A stretch of DNA of 64,000 nucleotides from Caldisericota bacterium (GCA_024655865.1 JANLFM010000002.1:74405-138404), one strand, 5' to 3'. Positions 9,710 to 19,900 are shown, counted from the first letter of the stretch. Notes: generated by a model from the sequence alone, not told the origin. Program-made: numbers and translations.

Positions 9710-10186
9710 TTACTGCCAAAGGTTTTCGCTTAAAGGGCTCATTTTTAGAAAATCCAGGGGGATAGGGCACCTGGGTATTTGCCAGGGCCAGATGTGCCTG
9801 GAGGTTTTGCTGGGGTAGAGTTCTCCCCTTAGCCCTCTGGAGATCACACTCTCTTTATTTACGGCGATTTCCGGACGCCAGCTCGCTACTTTTATGGAGC
9901 AATCGCCGTAGTCCACGAGGTAAGCGGGGATGAGCTCACAGCCCAGCTCCTTCAGCGCGCAAACCCTGTGGTGCCCGTCAAGGATCACTAAGGAAGCTCT
10001 ATCCACAACCACCGGGTAGAACAGGAAGCCATCTCTCTTGATTTCCTGAGCTAGTTCCCTGAGGTGATTTTCATCCACCATCTCGTGATGCTTGAGACAG
10101 GGAAAATATACCAGAGCCAGGGCTCCGGGGAACTGTCCCTTATCCCATAAGCTTTTCGTGATGGAGAATGAAAGCCCTTTTTCCAT
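9710..10186 (-). CDS. ParB/Srx-fold (DGHHR motif) domain protein
   Basis: VILDGHHRVCAL motif characteristic of the ParB N-terminal/sulfiredoxin superfamily. Begins 10 nt after the trpB2 stop. Confidence 0.5.
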   Translation of the reverse strand: MEKGLSFSITKSLWDKGQFPGALALVYFPCLKHHEMVDENHLRELAQEIKRDGFLFYPVVVDRASLVILDGHHRVCALKELGCELIPAYLVDYGDCSIKVASWRPEIAVNKESVISRGLRGELYPSKTSRHIWPWQIPRCPIPLDFLKMSPLSENLWQ

Positions 10187-10196
10187 TTTCCTCTCC

Positions 10197-11597
10197 TTAT
10201 GAACCCTCTTGAGCTGATGAAAAGGGAAGGTCTTTCAGGGAGCGCTCGATTTCCTCCCGGGGTTCATAATCCTCGAGCGATCCTTTAAGGTGCGCCTCAT
10301 AGGCTCCCAAATCGAGGTAGCCATGACCGCTCAGATTAAAAAGGATGGACAGGGACTTATTTTCTCTCTTTGCTTCAAGGGCCACATCTATCGCCACCTT
10401 GACAGCATGCGCCGATTCCGGAGCAGGCAAAAAGCCCTCTGTTCTGGAAAACAGGACGGCGGCCTGGAACACCTCCTTTTGTCCCACTGCTTGAGCCTCG
10501 ATGAGCCCCTCTTTGTAGAGCCCGCTGATAATCGGGGACATCCCGTGATAGCGCAAGCCGCCGGCATGAATGGAAGGTGGAACAAAGCCGTGCCCAAGCG
10601 TGAACATCTTCAAGGCAGGGACTATCCCTGCTGAATCACCGTAATCGTAGGCGTAAAGACCTCGCGTTAACGATGGGCAGGCTGTGGGCTCCACGGCGAT
10701 GATCCTTGGTTTCTGCGGGGCTTTCTTCCCAGATTTTTTTGCCTGAAGGAAGGAACGGAGAATTGGGAAAACCAGGCCCGCGAAGTTACTCCCTCCACCG
10801 ACACAACCAATCACCACATCCGGTTTGTCGCCAGCTTGCTCTAACTGGAGCAGAACTTCCTCCCCAATTATCGTTTGGTGCAGCAACACGTGATTCAGGA
10901 CGCTTCCCAGGGAATATTTGGTGAAGGGATTGGAAACAGCATCCTCCACAGCTTCGCTGATGGCAATTCCCAGACTGCCCGGGTGTTCCGGGTTTGAAGC
11001 AAGAATCCCCCTTCCGGTTTCAGTCCTGGAACTGGGGCTGGGAAGGACCTCTGACCCATAAACTTCCATCAGAGTTCTGCGGTAGGGCTTTTGAGTGTAA
11101 CTGATCCTTACCATGTATACCGTGCACTCCAGATCGAAGAACGCGCAGGCCATGGAAAGCGCTGTCCCCCACTGCCCTGCTCCCGTCTCCGTGGTTAGCC
11201 TTTTCACTCCTTCCTTTCTGTTGTAATAAGCCTGGGCCACAGCTGTATTTCCCTTGTGGCTTCCTACCGGACTGAACCCTTCAAACTTGTAATAAATCCT
11301 TGCCGGGGTCTCCAGCTTCTCCTCGAGTCGTCTCGCCCGGATTAGGGGCGTAGGCCTCCACAGGCGGTAAATGTCCAGGACCTCTCCCGGGACGTCAATG
11401 AACTCCTCACTGGCTACCTCCTGACGAATTACGGCCTCCGGGAAGATGGGAAGGAGGTCCTCTGGTGAAATCGGCTCAAGGGTCTGAGGATGAAGGGGTG
11501 GAGGTACTTCAAATGGAAGGTCGTGCAAAATGTTGTACCACCGGGTCACCATCTCCCGTTTTTCTAAAAAAAGATCAACTTTCTTGTTCATGACCAT
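10197..11597 (-). CDS. trpB2: TrpB2-type tryptophan synthase beta-like PLP enzyme (true start MVMNKK; ORF-track start at 11702 is leader read-through)
   Basis: ~450 aa PLP-dependent TrpB-like sequence with long N-terminal region typical of TrpB2. AAAGGAGA RBS precedes ATG at 11597. Upstream ORF portion overlaps a T-box leader and terminator. Confidence 0.8.
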   Translation of the reverse strand: MVMNKKVDLFLEKREMVTRWYNILHDLPFEVPPPLHPQTLEPISPEDLLPIFPEAVIRQEVASEEFIDVPGEVLDIYRLWRPTPLIRARRLEEKLETPARIYYKFEGFSPVGSHKGNTAVAQAYYNRKEGVKRLTTETGAGQWGTALSMACAFFDLECTVYMVRISYTQKPYRRTLMEVYGSEVLPSPSSRTETGRGILASNPEHPGSLGIAISEAVEDAVSNPFTKYSLGSVLNHVLLHQTIIGEEVLLQLEQAGDKPDVVIGCVGGGSNFAGLVFPILRSFLQAKKSGKKAPQKPRIIAVEPTACPSLTRGLYAYDYGDSAGIVPALKMFTLGHGFVPPSIHAGGLRYHGMSPIISGLYKEGLIEAQAVGQKEVFQAAVLFSRTEGFLPAPESAHAVKVAIDVALEAKRENKSLSILFNLSGHGYLDLGAYEAHLKGSLEDYEPREEIERSLKDLPFSSAQEGS

Positions 11598-11605
11598 TCT
11601 CCTTT

Positions 11606-11900
11606 CTTTTTTGAAATAAAAAAGAGCCGCCCTCTTATGGAGGGCGGCTCTTTTAAACCGCGGTGCCACCTCAATTGGATCCTTAAACGGAATCCCACTC
11701 ATTTCCGGATACGGAGACCAAAAGTCTCTATATATCCTCCCCTTTTAACGGCGGGTTCCCGTCAGAGCCTACTTGTTTGCTTTCGGCCCTGCAACTCCTG
11801 GGTCCATTCGGTCGCTCCTTGCAATATCGGGCTTACACTATCCCCGACTCGCTGAATTGCCGGTGCTGCGCTTACTAGTCCCAATCATCGCCTTTAAAAA
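11606..11900 (-). promoter_or_regulatory. T-box riboswitch leader (probably tRNA-Trp-sensing) with intrinsic terminator; TTGACA-18-ATAATT promoter at 11913-11942
   Basis: Minus strand carries a GA/K-turn motif (GCGATGA...AGTAAGCG) and the T-box sequence AATTGAGGTGGCACCGCGG (UGGC bulge; 11649-11669). A perfect 11-bp stem GAGCCGCCCTC/GAGGGCGGCTC is followed by TTTTTT (11606-11641). A GAA-TGG-A candidate specifier sits in a purine-rich loop. Confidence 0.75.
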
Positions 11901-11960
11901 ATTTATTGGGGTAATTATTGCTCATTCTGGCAATTTGTCAAGAAAATTGAGAAAATTTTT

Positions 11961-12563
11961 TTACACTTTGCTGAGCCTGGCTTTCACAAAAAATATTTCC
12001 TCATTCTCTATCTTCAGCTCTACTTCCAGTCCTTCCTCATCCATCCACCTGGAAATCTCCTCCGAAGAGGGCAAAATGTCAGAGGAGACAGCTTCAATTG
12101 ATCTGTGGCGCTCATTGATTTTCTCCCTTCCCTCAGAGTGGCAGATGATGATCCGGCCTTCATCTTTTAACATCCGAGCCATCTTTCTTAAGGCTCCTCT
12201 CTGATCCACGAAGTGGGGAAAGGAGGAATAACAGATTACTCTGTCGAAGAGCAGGGCCAAATCCAGTTCCATAATATCAGAGACCAGAAAATACACGTTG
12301 GGATAGCGCTCCCTGGGAAATTTACGGTGCGCTACAGAGACCATGCTCGGGGAAAAGTCCACTGCAAAAAGGAGCCCCTGGGAGCCGATTTTTTTCAGAA
12401 TGTAGGGGATCAAAATCCCAGTCCCACACCCACAGTCCAGGACAGCCTGCCCAGGTGCTAAGTCCCCCAAATCCAAGAGCTTTTTGATCTTTTCGGGATC
12501 ATGCTGAACTCGAGAATCCCACTCCTCAGCGAGGCTATCAAAGTACTCTCTGCGAGCGGACAA
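11961..12563 (-). CDS. Class I SAM-dependent methyltransferase
   Basis: VLDCGCGTG motif I and downstream motifs; 200 aa. Confidence 0.8.
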   Translation of the reverse strand: MSARREYFDSLAEEWDSRVQHDPEKIKKLLDLGDLAPGQAVLDCGCGTGILIPYILKKIGSQGLLFAVDFSPSMVSVAHRKFPRERYPNVYFLVSDIMELDLALLFDRVICYSSFPHFVDQRGALRKMARMLKDEGRIIICHSEGREKINERHRSIEAVSSDILPSSEEISRWMDEEGLEVELKIENEEIFFVKARLSKV

Positions 12564-13131
12564 GGCTGGGCTCCTTCAAAATTAGTTTCACCAGCAAGGG
12601 AATCAAAACAAGCTGGATAAGGATCCCGGGAAGTCCTACTACGAAGAGAGCAGAGGCCACCTGAAGGAAGTCGAAATTCTTCCCGACAACCAGAGAGATG
12701 ATCAACCAATTCAGCAAGAGGGAAACGAACCTTCCAACTATCATGGACAGTATGAGCGCTGGGTAGATGCCCAATCTGGCATTGCGGAAAAGCAGGGAAG
12801 TCAACGCCCCGTAAACTAGGAGCTCACCCATCATAGTGAAAACTGTTGGGACAGGGGGCATGGAGGTAAAAAAGAAGCTTAAAAGAGGAGAAAGTAACCC
12901 CACCAGCCCTGACAGTTCCCAGGGAAGAAAAAAACCGGCGATGAGAACCGGAAGGTGCATTGGCAAAAACACATTCCCTCCGATTTTCAAAATGTGGAAG
13001 ACCAGGGGGAAGAGAATCCCTAAAGATAGAAGAAACCCGGCTATGGAGATGTTATATATTGAGAGGACTTTCTGTGATCTCCGTTTTCGCTCTGGTAGTT
13101 TCTTCTCTAATTCCAAACCTTCGTTCTCCAT
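12538..13131 (-). CDS. Small polytopic membrane protein, possible ECF-type S component or metal permease (next to nikR)
   Basis: 197 aa, about 5-6 TM helices, FHILKIGGNVFLPMHLPV region. Family assignment uncertain. Confidence 0.4.
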   Translation of the reverse strand: MENEGLELEKKLPERKRRSQKVLSIYNISIAGFLLSLGILFPLVFHILKIGGNVFLPMHLPVLIAGFFLPWELSGLVGLLSPLLSFFFTSMPPVPTVFTMMGELLVYGALTSLLFRNARLGIYPALILSMIVGRFVSLLLNWLIISLVVGKNFDFLQVASALFVVGLPGILIQLVLIPLLVKLILKEPSLVRSQRVL

Positions 13132-13229
13132 TATTCAACCTCTTGGTGTGAAAAAATAAAAATTAGTAATAAAAAATTAGCACGGCAAGAAACAGTAAGT
13201 CAAGAAAAGGGGGAAAGAGCTTTTAAAAA

Positions 13230-13649
13230 TTAAGCCAGGTTTCTCCCGGTGGAAGCCGCAAGTAGCTTTCCGAGTTTTACCCCTTTGGTAGCGGTAATCT
13301 CATCGGCAACTTTCTGCACACGGTCCTTAGGCCCTCTGAGGACAATCGCTTCCAGGCAGTGATCCTCATCCAGGTGCACGTGCAGGGAGGAGACAACACA
13401 GCCCAGGTTACAGTGTTCAATTTCGGTAATTTTTTCCGAGAGTGCGCGCACGTGATGGTCGTAGACGATGGAAAGGACTCCTACCACCTCTCCCTGGGAT
13501 TCCCGCCACTCCTCCTCCACCAGGGAAGCCCGGATGAAATCCCTGAAAGCCTCCGAGCGGTTCCGGTACCCTTTCCTCCTCAAGAGCTCCTCGAGTTTTT
13601 CTCCCAGCTCCTCCGGTATTGAAATGCTAAACCTGATCGTTTTTCCCAT
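13230..13649 (-). CDS. nikR: Nickel-responsive regulator NikR
   Basis: N-terminal ribbon-helix-helix (IRFSISIPEEL) and C-terminal metal site HVHLDEDHCLEAIVLRG matching the NikR H-x-H...H...C signature. Confidence 0.85.
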   Translation of the reverse strand: MGKTIRFSISIPEELGEKLEELLRRKGYRNRSEAFRDFIRASLVEEEWRESQGEVVGVLSIVYDHHVRALSEKITEIEHCNLGCVVSSLHVHLDEDHCLEAIVLRGPKDRVQKVADEITATKGVKLGKLLAASTGRNLA

Positions 13650-13738
13650 TTCAGGATAAAAATATCATATTTTTTACCCAAGGATGGCTGTTTGGTGCAA
13701 AATATGAATTCAGGAAGCCTGATAAGGGAGGTTTTAGA

Positions 13739-14068
13739 ATGATTACGTACGAGGAATTTTTGAAGGTGGAAATGAGGGTAGGCACAATCCTTGAGGTGGA
13801 GGACTTTCCCCGAGCGCGGAAACCCTCATACAAGTTGAAGATCGACTTCGGCCCTTATGGCATTAAGGTTTCCTCGGCTCAAATTACTGATTTTTACTCA
13901 AGGGAGGAGCTTAAGGGAAAGCAGGTAATCGCCGTTACGAACTTTCCTCCCAAGAATATAGCCGGCTTCCTCTCCGAGGTTCTGGTTTTGGGAGCTGTGC
14001 TCGAGGAAGGAAAGGTAATCTTGCTGGAACTTGAAAGGCCGGCACCTAACGGGACAAGGATCCTGTAA
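13739..14068 (+). CDS. csaA: tRNA-binding domain protein (CsaA/Trbp111, EMAP-like OB fold)
   Basis: FLKVEMRVGTILEVEDFP...KLKIDFG motif pattern of CsaA/MetG C-terminal tRNA-binding domain; 109 aa. Confidence 0.75.
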   Translation: MITYEEFLKVEMRVGTILEVEDFPRARKPSYKLKIDFGPYGIKVSSAQITDFYSREELKGKQVIAVTNFPPKNIAGFLSEVLVLGAVLEEGKVILLELERPAPNGTRIL

Positions 14069-14212
14069 ACTGGATATAGTGAACTTTTAAAGAAGCGGGC
14101 TTTGTCTAATCATCTAAGCTGCTTCTCATCTTTAAAGTCGACAGGTTCTGTTCGTTGCCGTGGGGGCCATTATCTGAGAAAATCAAAACAAGAATATAGC
14201 TGAGGAGGAGAA

Positions 14213-14590
14213 ATGAAAGGGTGGCAAGGTTCAAAATTTATCCTGGTAATTCGCTGGATCGCCAGAATCTGGAGCCTTCTCATTTTTACCGTTGTCTTGC
14301 TGATGTTCTTTTTCCCGGACCCAAACCTGGTGAATCCGGTTCCGCTCACTGATTGGATCACGCTGGGCATTTTTCCCGGATTGGCCATCATTGGATTGCT
14401 CCTTGCCTGGTGGTGGGAGATCTGGGGTGGGATTCTCGTCATTTTCAGCTATCTCGCCCATTTAATGGCCTCATATCTCTGGCTGGGAATGGTAGTTCCC
14501 CCAGGAGGCAATTTGATTCTGGCTTCTGTCTTTCTGCCTCCCGGAACTCTGTTCATCATCTCCGGGTTTTACTCTCGTCGCAGATTTTAA
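14213..14590 (+). CDS. Small membrane protein, hypothetical
   Basis: 125 aa, 4 predicted TM helices. Confidence 0.4.
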   Translation: MKGWQGSKFILVIRWIARIWSLLIFTVVLLMFFFPDPNLVNPVPLTDWITLGIFPGLAIIGLLLAWWWEIWGGILVIFSYLAHLMASYLWLGMVVPPGGNLILASVFLPPGTLFIISGFYSRRRF

Positions 14591-14705
14591 GGATTCCCAT
14601 ATCTTTAACGCCAGAACAGGAAAAATGAAGCATTCCCTCCTCGAGATAAGGGGCAGGCTTTTCTTTTGCCTCAGATAAGGATTCAACGGCTATAAAGGGG
14701 AAAAA

Positions 14706-14734
14706 GGCGGCCATGTGGCCGCCTTTATAATTTT
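14706..14734. terminator. Bidirectional intrinsic terminator between convergent genes
   Basis: GGCGGCCA-TG-TGGCCGCC perfect hairpin flanked by T-rich (plus) and T-rich (minus) tracts. Confidence 0.6.
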
Positions 14735-14789
14735 GACTTCTTAAAACTCACCTCTTTGAGGCACAGCTTTAGAACAGGCGCCTCCTGCT

Positions 14790-15068
14790 CTACGCGCTCT
14801 CCCCTACTTCTTCTCTCAACTTCCTCAAAAGCTCAATAATTTCCTTTTTAGAGGGGAAGGCAATGGCGCCGTTCGGGCAGAGGTTGGAGCAGGCAGAGCA
14901 CCCGACAACGCAATTGTACGGTTGAGCAACAATGGGGTGTCTGTTTTCCTCGTCCCAGAGATAGACGCCATTGCGGCAGAACTCCACGCACTGCATGCAT
15001 CCCGCGCAGAGGTCTTCGTCTATTCGAGGAAACCAGGGAATTTTCTCTCTCGGAATCTCATTTCGCAT
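14790..15068 (-). CDS. 2x[4Fe-4S] ferredoxin-like protein (paralog B)
   Basis: WFPRIDEDLCAGCMQCVEFC (Cx2Cx2Cx3C) and CVVGCSACSNLCP. Paralogous to the upstream gene and shares the WFPRID N-terminus. Confidence 0.65.
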   Translation of the reverse strand: MRNEIPREKIPWFPRIDEDLCAGCMQCVEFCRNGVYLWDEENRHPIVAQPYNCVVGCSACSNLCPNGAIAFPSKKEIIELLRKLREEVGESA

Positions 15069-15360
15069 TACTATTCAGCTCCTCCCTTAAGCTTCTAAGC
15101 GTTTTTCTAAGCTCCTCTCTGGTGGGAAAGCTGATGGCCCCAAAAGGGCATTGGAAGCGACATGATTCGTCACCCACATTGCACTCGTAGGGCTGGGCAA
15201 CAACCGCTACCCCATCCACCCGGGAGAAAACCTTAAACGGGCAAAAGTTAAGGCAGTGAAAGCCGCATTCCTGGGGCTTGCACTTGCTTTTATCAATCCT
15301 GGGAAACCAATTGATCCGTGATCGGGGAAGTCCCGTGTATGTAGAGCGATCTCTGACCAT
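15058..15360 (-). CDS. 2x[4Fe-4S] ferredoxin-like protein (paralog A)
   Basis: NWFPRIDKSKCKPQECGFHCLNFCP and CNVGDESCRFQCP cluster motifs. 11-nt overlap with paralog B. Confidence 0.65.
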   Translation of the reverse strand: MVRDRSTYTGLPRSRINWFPRIDKSKCKPQECGFHCLNFCPFKVFSRVDGVAVVAQPYECNVGDESCRFQCPFGAISFPTREELRKTLRSLREELNSNAK

Positions 15361-15735
15361 CTATTTATTCAGGGCTTCTACCGTTTCCTTAACTTTCTGG
15401 AAAGCTTGCTCAGTTTCCATATTGCGCAGGTCCAGAGGAATCACCTGGGAGTCAAAGTTTGCTCCGACTTCCGCCATGGCGTCCTTGAACATCTTGCGTT
15501 GCATGGTGGGATCGCAGGCGCCGATTATGTATTTAACTCCGGGTTTGATGTAGTCCTTCAAAAACCGATCTCCGTCCTCAACGCAAAGCTGGGGATGAAC
15601 GATGGCGTACTCCACGTCCAGCTCCCCGCGAATCATGTTGATTAATTCCCAGAGGTTCAGTTTGCTGAAACCCGGGCACTGACCGGTGCAGATACACATA
15701 AGAAATTTTGGCTTGGACTCAGACATTATTCTCAT
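15361..15735 (-). CDS. Cysteine-rich MvhD-like/thioredoxin-like protein, uncharacterised
   Basis: FLMCICTGQCPG N-terminal motif and YIIGAC segment resemble the MvhD-type fold but lack the second Cys pair. Abuts the ferredoxin gene. Confidence 0.35.
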   Translation of the reverse strand: MRIMSESKPKFLMCICTGQCPGFSKLNLWELINMIRGELDVEYAIVHPQLCVEDGDRFLKDYIKPGVKYIIGACDPTMQRKMFKDAMAEVGANFDSQVIPLDLRNMETEQAFQKVKETVEALNK

Positions 15736-16150
15736 CCTCCTTCGTAGTTTTTATATCCTGCCAGATATTCATTCCTAAAACGCATTTCCCATCCTTTCTT
15801 AGGGAAACGCGTTCCAGAAACCTTGGTAAATCAGGGGCGAGGACTTCTTCTTCAATGCTCTCCAACGCCCTGTTTAAAAGTTTATGGAAATCGGATTCCG
15901 GATAGACTGGCTCATAGGAAATCCAGCGTCCCTCCCTGCGCTCTAGGACAAGGCCCGCATTTTTTAATTCCTTTAAGCACCGGGAGACGTTATACTGCTT
16001 AATTTCCAAAATGTCTGAAAGTTCACAGACGCAAAGGCCAGGCGACTTTAAGATCAGGCAGTAAACCCTCAGCCTGCTCTGATCGCCTAAGGCCTTTAAT
16101 TTTGCCAGGCTATCTATAAATTTCATATTCATATATGCGCAAATTAGCAT
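15719..16150 (-). CDS. ArsR/SmtB-family metalloregulator (HTH)
   Basis: QSRLRVYCLIL...LCVCELSDILEIKQYNVSRCLKELKNAGLV typical ArsR HTH with Cys pair. First gene of the operon. Confidence 0.75.
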   Translation of the reverse strand: MLICAYMNMKFIDSLAKLKALGDQSRLRVYCLILKSPGLCVCELSDILEIKQYNVSRCLKELKNAGLVLERREGRWISYEPVYPESDFHKLLNRALESIEEEVLAPDLPRFLERVSLRKDGKCVLGMNIWQDIKTTKEDENNV

Positions 16151-16337
16151 ATTATAGGCAGCCTGTCAAGAGCCTGAAAATTCGGGGCATTTGCGGAAGG
16201 TGGGGGCCGCAAATTGTCCAGAGTTCAGGTTTTAGCAAGGAATTGGTTAATAGTGAAGAACTAAGGATTTCTGTAGCGCAAAAGGGTAAATAACGGATCG
16301 TCTAGAAATGCTTTAGCTCACTTTACAGCGCAGGACT

Positions 16338-16778
16338 TTATCCCAGCCACCATTCCTTCGCTCTGATACGGGCATCATAGATCATGCGTGCTATAATATC
16401 CGGGATCTTTCCCACCTCGCGCAAAGGATTCACTTCCTGGAAAGGAACCCAGCGCACTTCCTCAACATCTCCGCCTGGTCGAGGATTACCGGAGACGTAT
16501 CGCGCCAGATATCCGATGAGCACCACCTGTTTTTCAAATGACGTTTCTGGATCGAAGGAGACATAAGCTCCCGTCTGCTGGAGGATTTCCACCTGACTTC
16601 CGGTCTCCTCAAAGGCTTCTCTCCTGGCACAGTCCTCCAAGGTTTCCCCTAGCTGGAGCGCTCCCCCGGGAAGTGTCCAGAGGTTCTTCCAATAGCCCTT
16701 GTTCTGGCGAACAAGCAGAATCTGTTCCTTTCTGATAATGCAAGCGTAACAGGCTACCGTAAATTTACTCTCTTCCAT
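16338..16778 (-). CDS. NUDIX hydrolase
   Basis: Nudix box GGALQLGETLEDCARREAFEETG. Confidence 0.85.
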   Translation of the reverse strand: MEESKFTVACYACIIRKEQILLVRQNKGYWKNLWTLPGGALQLGETLEDCARREAFEETGSQVEILQQTGAYVSFDPETSFEKQVVLIGYLARYVSGNPRPGGDVEEVRWVPFQEVNPLREVGKIPDIIARMIYDARIRAKEWWLG

Positions 16779-16902
16779 CAGGCCCTCCTGGGCTATTTTA
16801 TATCAGTTTACATCCGGACAGGCAATTTAGGAATTCCTTTCCGGGCTCTCTATGAGAAAATGAAACTTGCGGTCCTCCCCTCCGAGCGTAGGCTTTTTTC
16901 TT

Positions 16903-16931
16903 CTTGACAATATCGAACTTTTGTTCGATAC
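16903..16931 (+). promoter_or_regulatory. Sigma-70-like promoter (TTGACA-17-GATACT) with embedded Cheo-type LexA/SOS box CGAACTTTTGTTCG (16913-16926)
   Basis: Perfect CGAAC-N4-GTTCG palindrome between -35 and -10, directly upstream of the dnaE2 RBS. Confidence 0.7.
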
Positions 16932-16953
16932 TCTATTCAAAGGAGAGGGTATA

Positions 16954-19900
16954 GTGAAATTTGTTCACCTCCGCGTGCACTCGGATGGGAGCTTACTTGA
17001 CTCCACCTTTACGCCAGAAAGGCTCGTCCGCGAGGCACAGAAGTTAAAAATGGAAACCCTGGCTTTAACGGACAGGGATTCGCTCCTCAGGGCAGTGGAT
17101 TTCTTCCGGGCGGCCTCCGCGTATGGGGTTCGGCCCATTCTCGGGTTGGAACTTTCCTATTTCAGGAAAGAGCCCTCATCGCGCCCTTACAAAATCCTGC
17201 TTTTTGTGGAGAACGAGCAGGGGTATGGAAACCTGATTTCCCTCTTAAACCAGGCGCACCTGAAGATCAAGCCTGGAATTCCCCCGCAGGCGGAGCTGAG
17301 TGAAATCCTGAGGAAGAACGATGGGCTGTGCGCCTTAAGCGGGTGGAGGGAAAGCGAGGCTGGAAAACTTCTCCTCGAGGGGAACCTGGAGGGAGCTTCC
17401 CGGGCTCTTGCGGAATTGAAGGAAGCCTTTGGACAACGCCTTTTCCTGGAGCTTCAATGGCATGGCGAGGAAGAGGAAAGAAAAATTTTAAAGGGACTCC
17501 TTTGCCTGAGCAAAAATTTGAATATTCCTCCTGTAGCAACCAACGATGTCCACTACCTTCTGCCCTCAGAGGAAAGGCTTTACCGGATCCTGAGCTGCAT
17601 CCGCACCCTGACCCGCCTGGGGGAACCGCATCCGGAAAAAGGAGGGACGAAAAATCGTCACCTGCGCTCGGAAAAAGAAATGGAGATGGCCTTTTCCTTC
17701 TGCCCTCAGGCTCTGCACAACGCCCTCGTCCTTTCCGAACGGCTCCGGTTTTCTTTTCCCCCTTACACGCTGCGTCTGCCTCGTTCGGGCCGGACAGTGG
17801 AACAGGAAAACGCCTTTTTGCGCGAGCTCTGCCTGAAGAAGCTCCCCTGCTTTTACGCTTATTCCGAGCTGGAATACGCGCGCCAGAGGTTAGAGTACGA
17901 GCTGCACCTGATCCAGGAGATGGGCTATGCCGGATACTTCCTCCTGGTTTATGACCTCGTTGAGGAAGCCAGAAAGAGGGATATTTACGTTCTGGGCAGG
18001 GGATCAGCCGCTTCCAGTTTGGTCTCATATCTTCTGGGGATCACCTTTGTGGACCCAGTAAAGGAAAACCTGCTCTTCGAGCGTTTCCTGAACCCAGCGC
18101 GCCTGAATGATCCCCCGGACATTGACCTGGACATTGAAAGAGAGCGCAGGGAGGAGTTGATGGATTACGTACGCCAGAAGTACGGAGAGGACAGGGTGGT
18201 TCATGTGGGCGGATTGAGCACCTTCCGTCTTCAGGGAGCATTGCGCGAAGTAGGAAAGGCAGTGGGAAGGACAAAGGAGGAGATCGACTACTTCCAGGAA
18301 AACCTTCAGTTTAAAAAAGCGCAGAGCCAGGAGGGGCTCCGGTGGCTGGAGTACGCTCAGGCGCTTGAGGGTTTGATCCATCACGTGACCATGCACCCCT
18401 CAGGTTTTGTAATCACAAGAAAACCCGTGCAGGAGGAGGTCCCGCTCATCATCACTCCCGAGGGAGTAAGCACTCAGTACGACATGCGCGCCCTCGCCCG
18501 CCTCGGTTTCCTGAAAATGGATTTTATCGGCTCAAGGAACCTGAGCATGATCCAGGAGACAAAAAGGTTGCTCTCCTCCAATTGGCTCAGGGAAATCCCT
18601 CTTGAGGATCGAGCGACCTGGGAGATGATCGCCAGAGGGGAGACTATCGGATGCTTCCAGTTAGAGAGCCCCGGCATGCGCTCCCTTCTGCGGAAGCTGA
18701 AGCCCAAAAACATAGGTGACCTCACGGTGGCGCTCTCCCTCTATCGACCGGGTCCAATTCAGGGAGGAATGGTGGAATCCTACATTCGCCGTCACCATGG
18801 AAAGGAGCCTGAAAGCTTCCTTCATCCCCTGCTTAAACCCATCCTTCAGGAAACGCACGGCGTGATCCTCTATCAAGAACAGGTAATGCGCATCGCCTGC
18901 GAAATAGGCGGATTCTCTATGGCAGAAGCGGACGTCCTGAGAAAAGCGATGAGCGACAAGGCTGAGGCCGTGTTAACCTCCATGAGGGAGCGTTTCCTTC
19001 AGGGCGCGGTGACAAAAGGAGTAACTGCGGAAATAGCGCAAAAGATTTACGACTTTCTGGAGAAATTTGCAGGATATGGCTTTAACAAGGCCCACAGCGC
19101 CTCCTACGCTATCATCTCTTACCAGACCGCTTATTTAAAAAGGAATTTTCCCCGGGAGTTTTTCAGCGTGCTCCTCTCTACGGAGCAAGGCTATTACCAG
19201 CCCTTTGTTTACGCTGAGGAGGCAAGGAGGCTGGGTGTGCCCATCCTGCTCCCAGACATCAACAGAAGCCAGAAGAGATGCACGGTGGAGAATGGCGGTA
19301 TTCGCCTTGGCCTTTCCTACATTAAGGACCTGGGCCCGAGCCAAATAGAAGAGATAATTGCCAGAAAACCTCAGGGGGGATTCAGAAGTTTCGAGGAAGC
19401 GCTGCACTTGCTCTACCAGTATTTAGACCGCAGAGCTTTTGAAGCCCTGATCAAGGCAGGAAGCATGGACTCCTTTGGCTTAACTCGTCCCACGATGCTC
19501 GCAAGCCTTCCCTACCTTTTCCGCCGCTTGAGGGAAAAGCCCGCCCTTATGGAGTTCAGGGAGGCGCAGCCAGCGTTTTCCCTTTGCCCTCTTCCTCAAG
19601 AGGAGGTCAGAGAATCCTGGGAGTTCACCGGGGTCTATGCGCCTTCCCATCCTCTCCAGGTATATAAAGATAAACTCACCTCTTACCTTACCGATGCCAG
19701 TCTCAAGGTAAAGGACCTTCCCAGAGGAAGCAAAATCAGAGCAGCTTCACTTTTGACGCTCGCCCGCCTGGAAAAAACGAAAACCGGAAAAAGGATAGGC
19801 TTCCTGACTCTCGAGGACCTCGGCGGCCAATGGGAGGCAATACTTTTCCCGGAGGAGCTCTCGCGTTTCTTCCACCTTCTCCGCGCTCGTTCCCTGCTTC

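Noticed and set aside
11598-11702. N-terminal 35-aa extension of the trpB2 ORF (ORF-track start at 11702)
   Set aside because: The extension overlaps the T-box antiterminator/terminator. A strong RBS precedes the internal ATG at 11597, so the extension is leader RNA, not protein.
17267-18028. 253-aa minus-strand ORF and 208-aa plus-strand ORF (17328..17954) inside the dnaE2 gene
   Set aside because: They lie antisense or out of frame within a clearly conserved polymerase gene. The proteins are Arg/Pro/Gly-rich and low in complexity, typical spurious ORFs of GC-rich coding DNA.
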